Below, in pieces: positions 62,781 to 64,000 of a stretch of 64,000 nt of DNA. Origin of the DNA: Somniosus microcephalus (taxonomy: Eukaryota). The DNA lies in assembly GCA_052327205.1 (NCBI GenBank), contig CM126206.1, positions 81,778,001-81,842,000 on the forward strand. The letters run 5' to 3'. The position numbers were made by a program, and so were the translations under genes. Every line of letters starts with the position of its first letter. Positions within the stretch are counted from its first letter, which is position 1. The notes beneath the pieces are model-generated. The model saw only the letters and a program-made list of their open reading frames with translations, did no database searches and was not told where the DNA came from.

Positions 62781-63672
62781 TTTTTTAAATTATCCGTTCA
62801 TGGGATTTAGGTGTCGCTGGCAAGGCCAGCATTTATTGCCCATTCCTAATTGCCCTTAAGATGGTGGTGGTGGTCCAGTTAAGTTTCTGGTCAATGGTGA
62901 CCCCCAGGATGTTGATGGTGGGGGATTCGGCGATGGTAAGGTCATTGAATGTCAAGAGGCGGTGGTTAGACTCACGCTTGTTGGAGATAGTTATGCCTGG
63001 CAGTTGTGTGGCATTTTCCCCTTGATTCCCATTGACTTCAGTTTTACTAGGGCTCCTTGATGCCAGACTCGGTCAAATGCTGCCTTGACGTCAAGGGCAG
63101 TCACTCTTGCCTCACCTCTGGAATTCAGCTCCTTTGTCCATGTTTGGACCAAAGCTGTAATGAGGTCTGGAGTTGAGTGGTCCTGTCGGAACCCAAACTG
63201 GGCATCAGTGAGCAGGTTATTAGTGAGTAAGTGCCGCTTGATAGGACTGTCGGTGACACCTTCCATCAATTTGCTGGTGATTGAGAGTAGACTGATGGGG
63301 CGGTAATTGGCCGGATTGGATTTGTCCTGCTTTTTGTGGACAGGACATACCTGGGCAGTTTTCCACATTGTTGGATAGATGCCAGTGTTGTAGCTGTACT
63401 GGAACAGCTTGGTTAGAGGCATGGCTAGTTCTGGAGCACAAGTCTTCAGCACAACTGCTGGGATGTTGTCGGGGCCCATAGCCTTTGCTGTATCTAGTGC
63501 GCTCAGCCATTTCTTGATATCATGTGGAGCGAATCGAATTGGCTGAAGACTGGCTTCTGTGATGGTGGGGACCTCAGGAGTAGGCCGATATGGATCATCC
63601 ACTCGGCCCTTTTGGCTGAAGGTGGTTGCAAACGCTTCAGCCTCGTCTTTTGCACTCACGTGCTGGGCTCCA
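62781..63672 (-). mobile_element. CR1/L2-group LINE fragment with two internal deletions (same family as 56700-59603)
   Basis: ORF 62991-63659 is near-identical to the first part of 57892-58848. Jumps near 63010 and 62872. 3' tail near 62781. Confidence 0.88.
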
Positions 63673-63923
63673 CCAAGATAGTACAGTCCCCACCGTTAAC
63701 AGTCAATGTGTTAGTGCTAACATGATTTGCCCGCTATACATATTGACTTCAATGGAAATAAAAATCAGGAAAGATGTAAAACGGGCTACTGACTCGCTAT
63801 CACCCATTTTACACTATCGCACAAAGTCAAGATCTACCCCATGATGTTCAGAAGAGCTGAAATGTCAATGAAATAGGTTTAATGCTAAAATGTCAATAGC
63901 TATGTCTAAAAAAAAATGATTTA

Positions 63924-64000
63924 CAGGAAACTCTCTGGTATCCGGCACCGACGGGACCTGGATGGTGCCAGTTGGTTAAAAATCTCGGATGACAGAGAGG
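63924..64000. mobile_element. Tigger/pogo-like MITE end; runs off the window
   Basis: TA|CAGGAAACTCTCTGGTATCCGGCACC is the reverse complement of the right end of 31012-31261. Confidence 0.65.

Overview
Repeat-dense vertebrate DNA, most likely from a cartilaginous fish (HE1-like V-SINE, SacSINE1-like DeuSINE, abundant CR1/L2). No host protein-coding gene is confidently identified. The window holds CR1 and CR1/L2-group LINEs, four Penelope-like inserts with target-site duplications (TSDs) and a minimal hammerhead ribozyme motif, and several PIF/Harbinger elements. One Harbinger (19243-23669) appears fully intact, with a DDE transposase and a spliced 3-exon Myb/SANT gene. There are also two full-length Mag-like Gypsy LTR retrotransposons, a head-to-tail pair of non-autonomous Helitrons, SINEs and MITEs. 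Main leads: (1) Gypsy 44652-48990 has no tRNA primer site but a 13-nt site complementary to its own LTR poly(A) region, suggesting self-priming or poly(A) occlusion; (2) the Helitrons carry an apparent captured promoter, first exon and splice donor; (3) the intact Harbinger; (4) ribozyme-bearing Penelope mini-inserts. All alignments and counts were made by eye.
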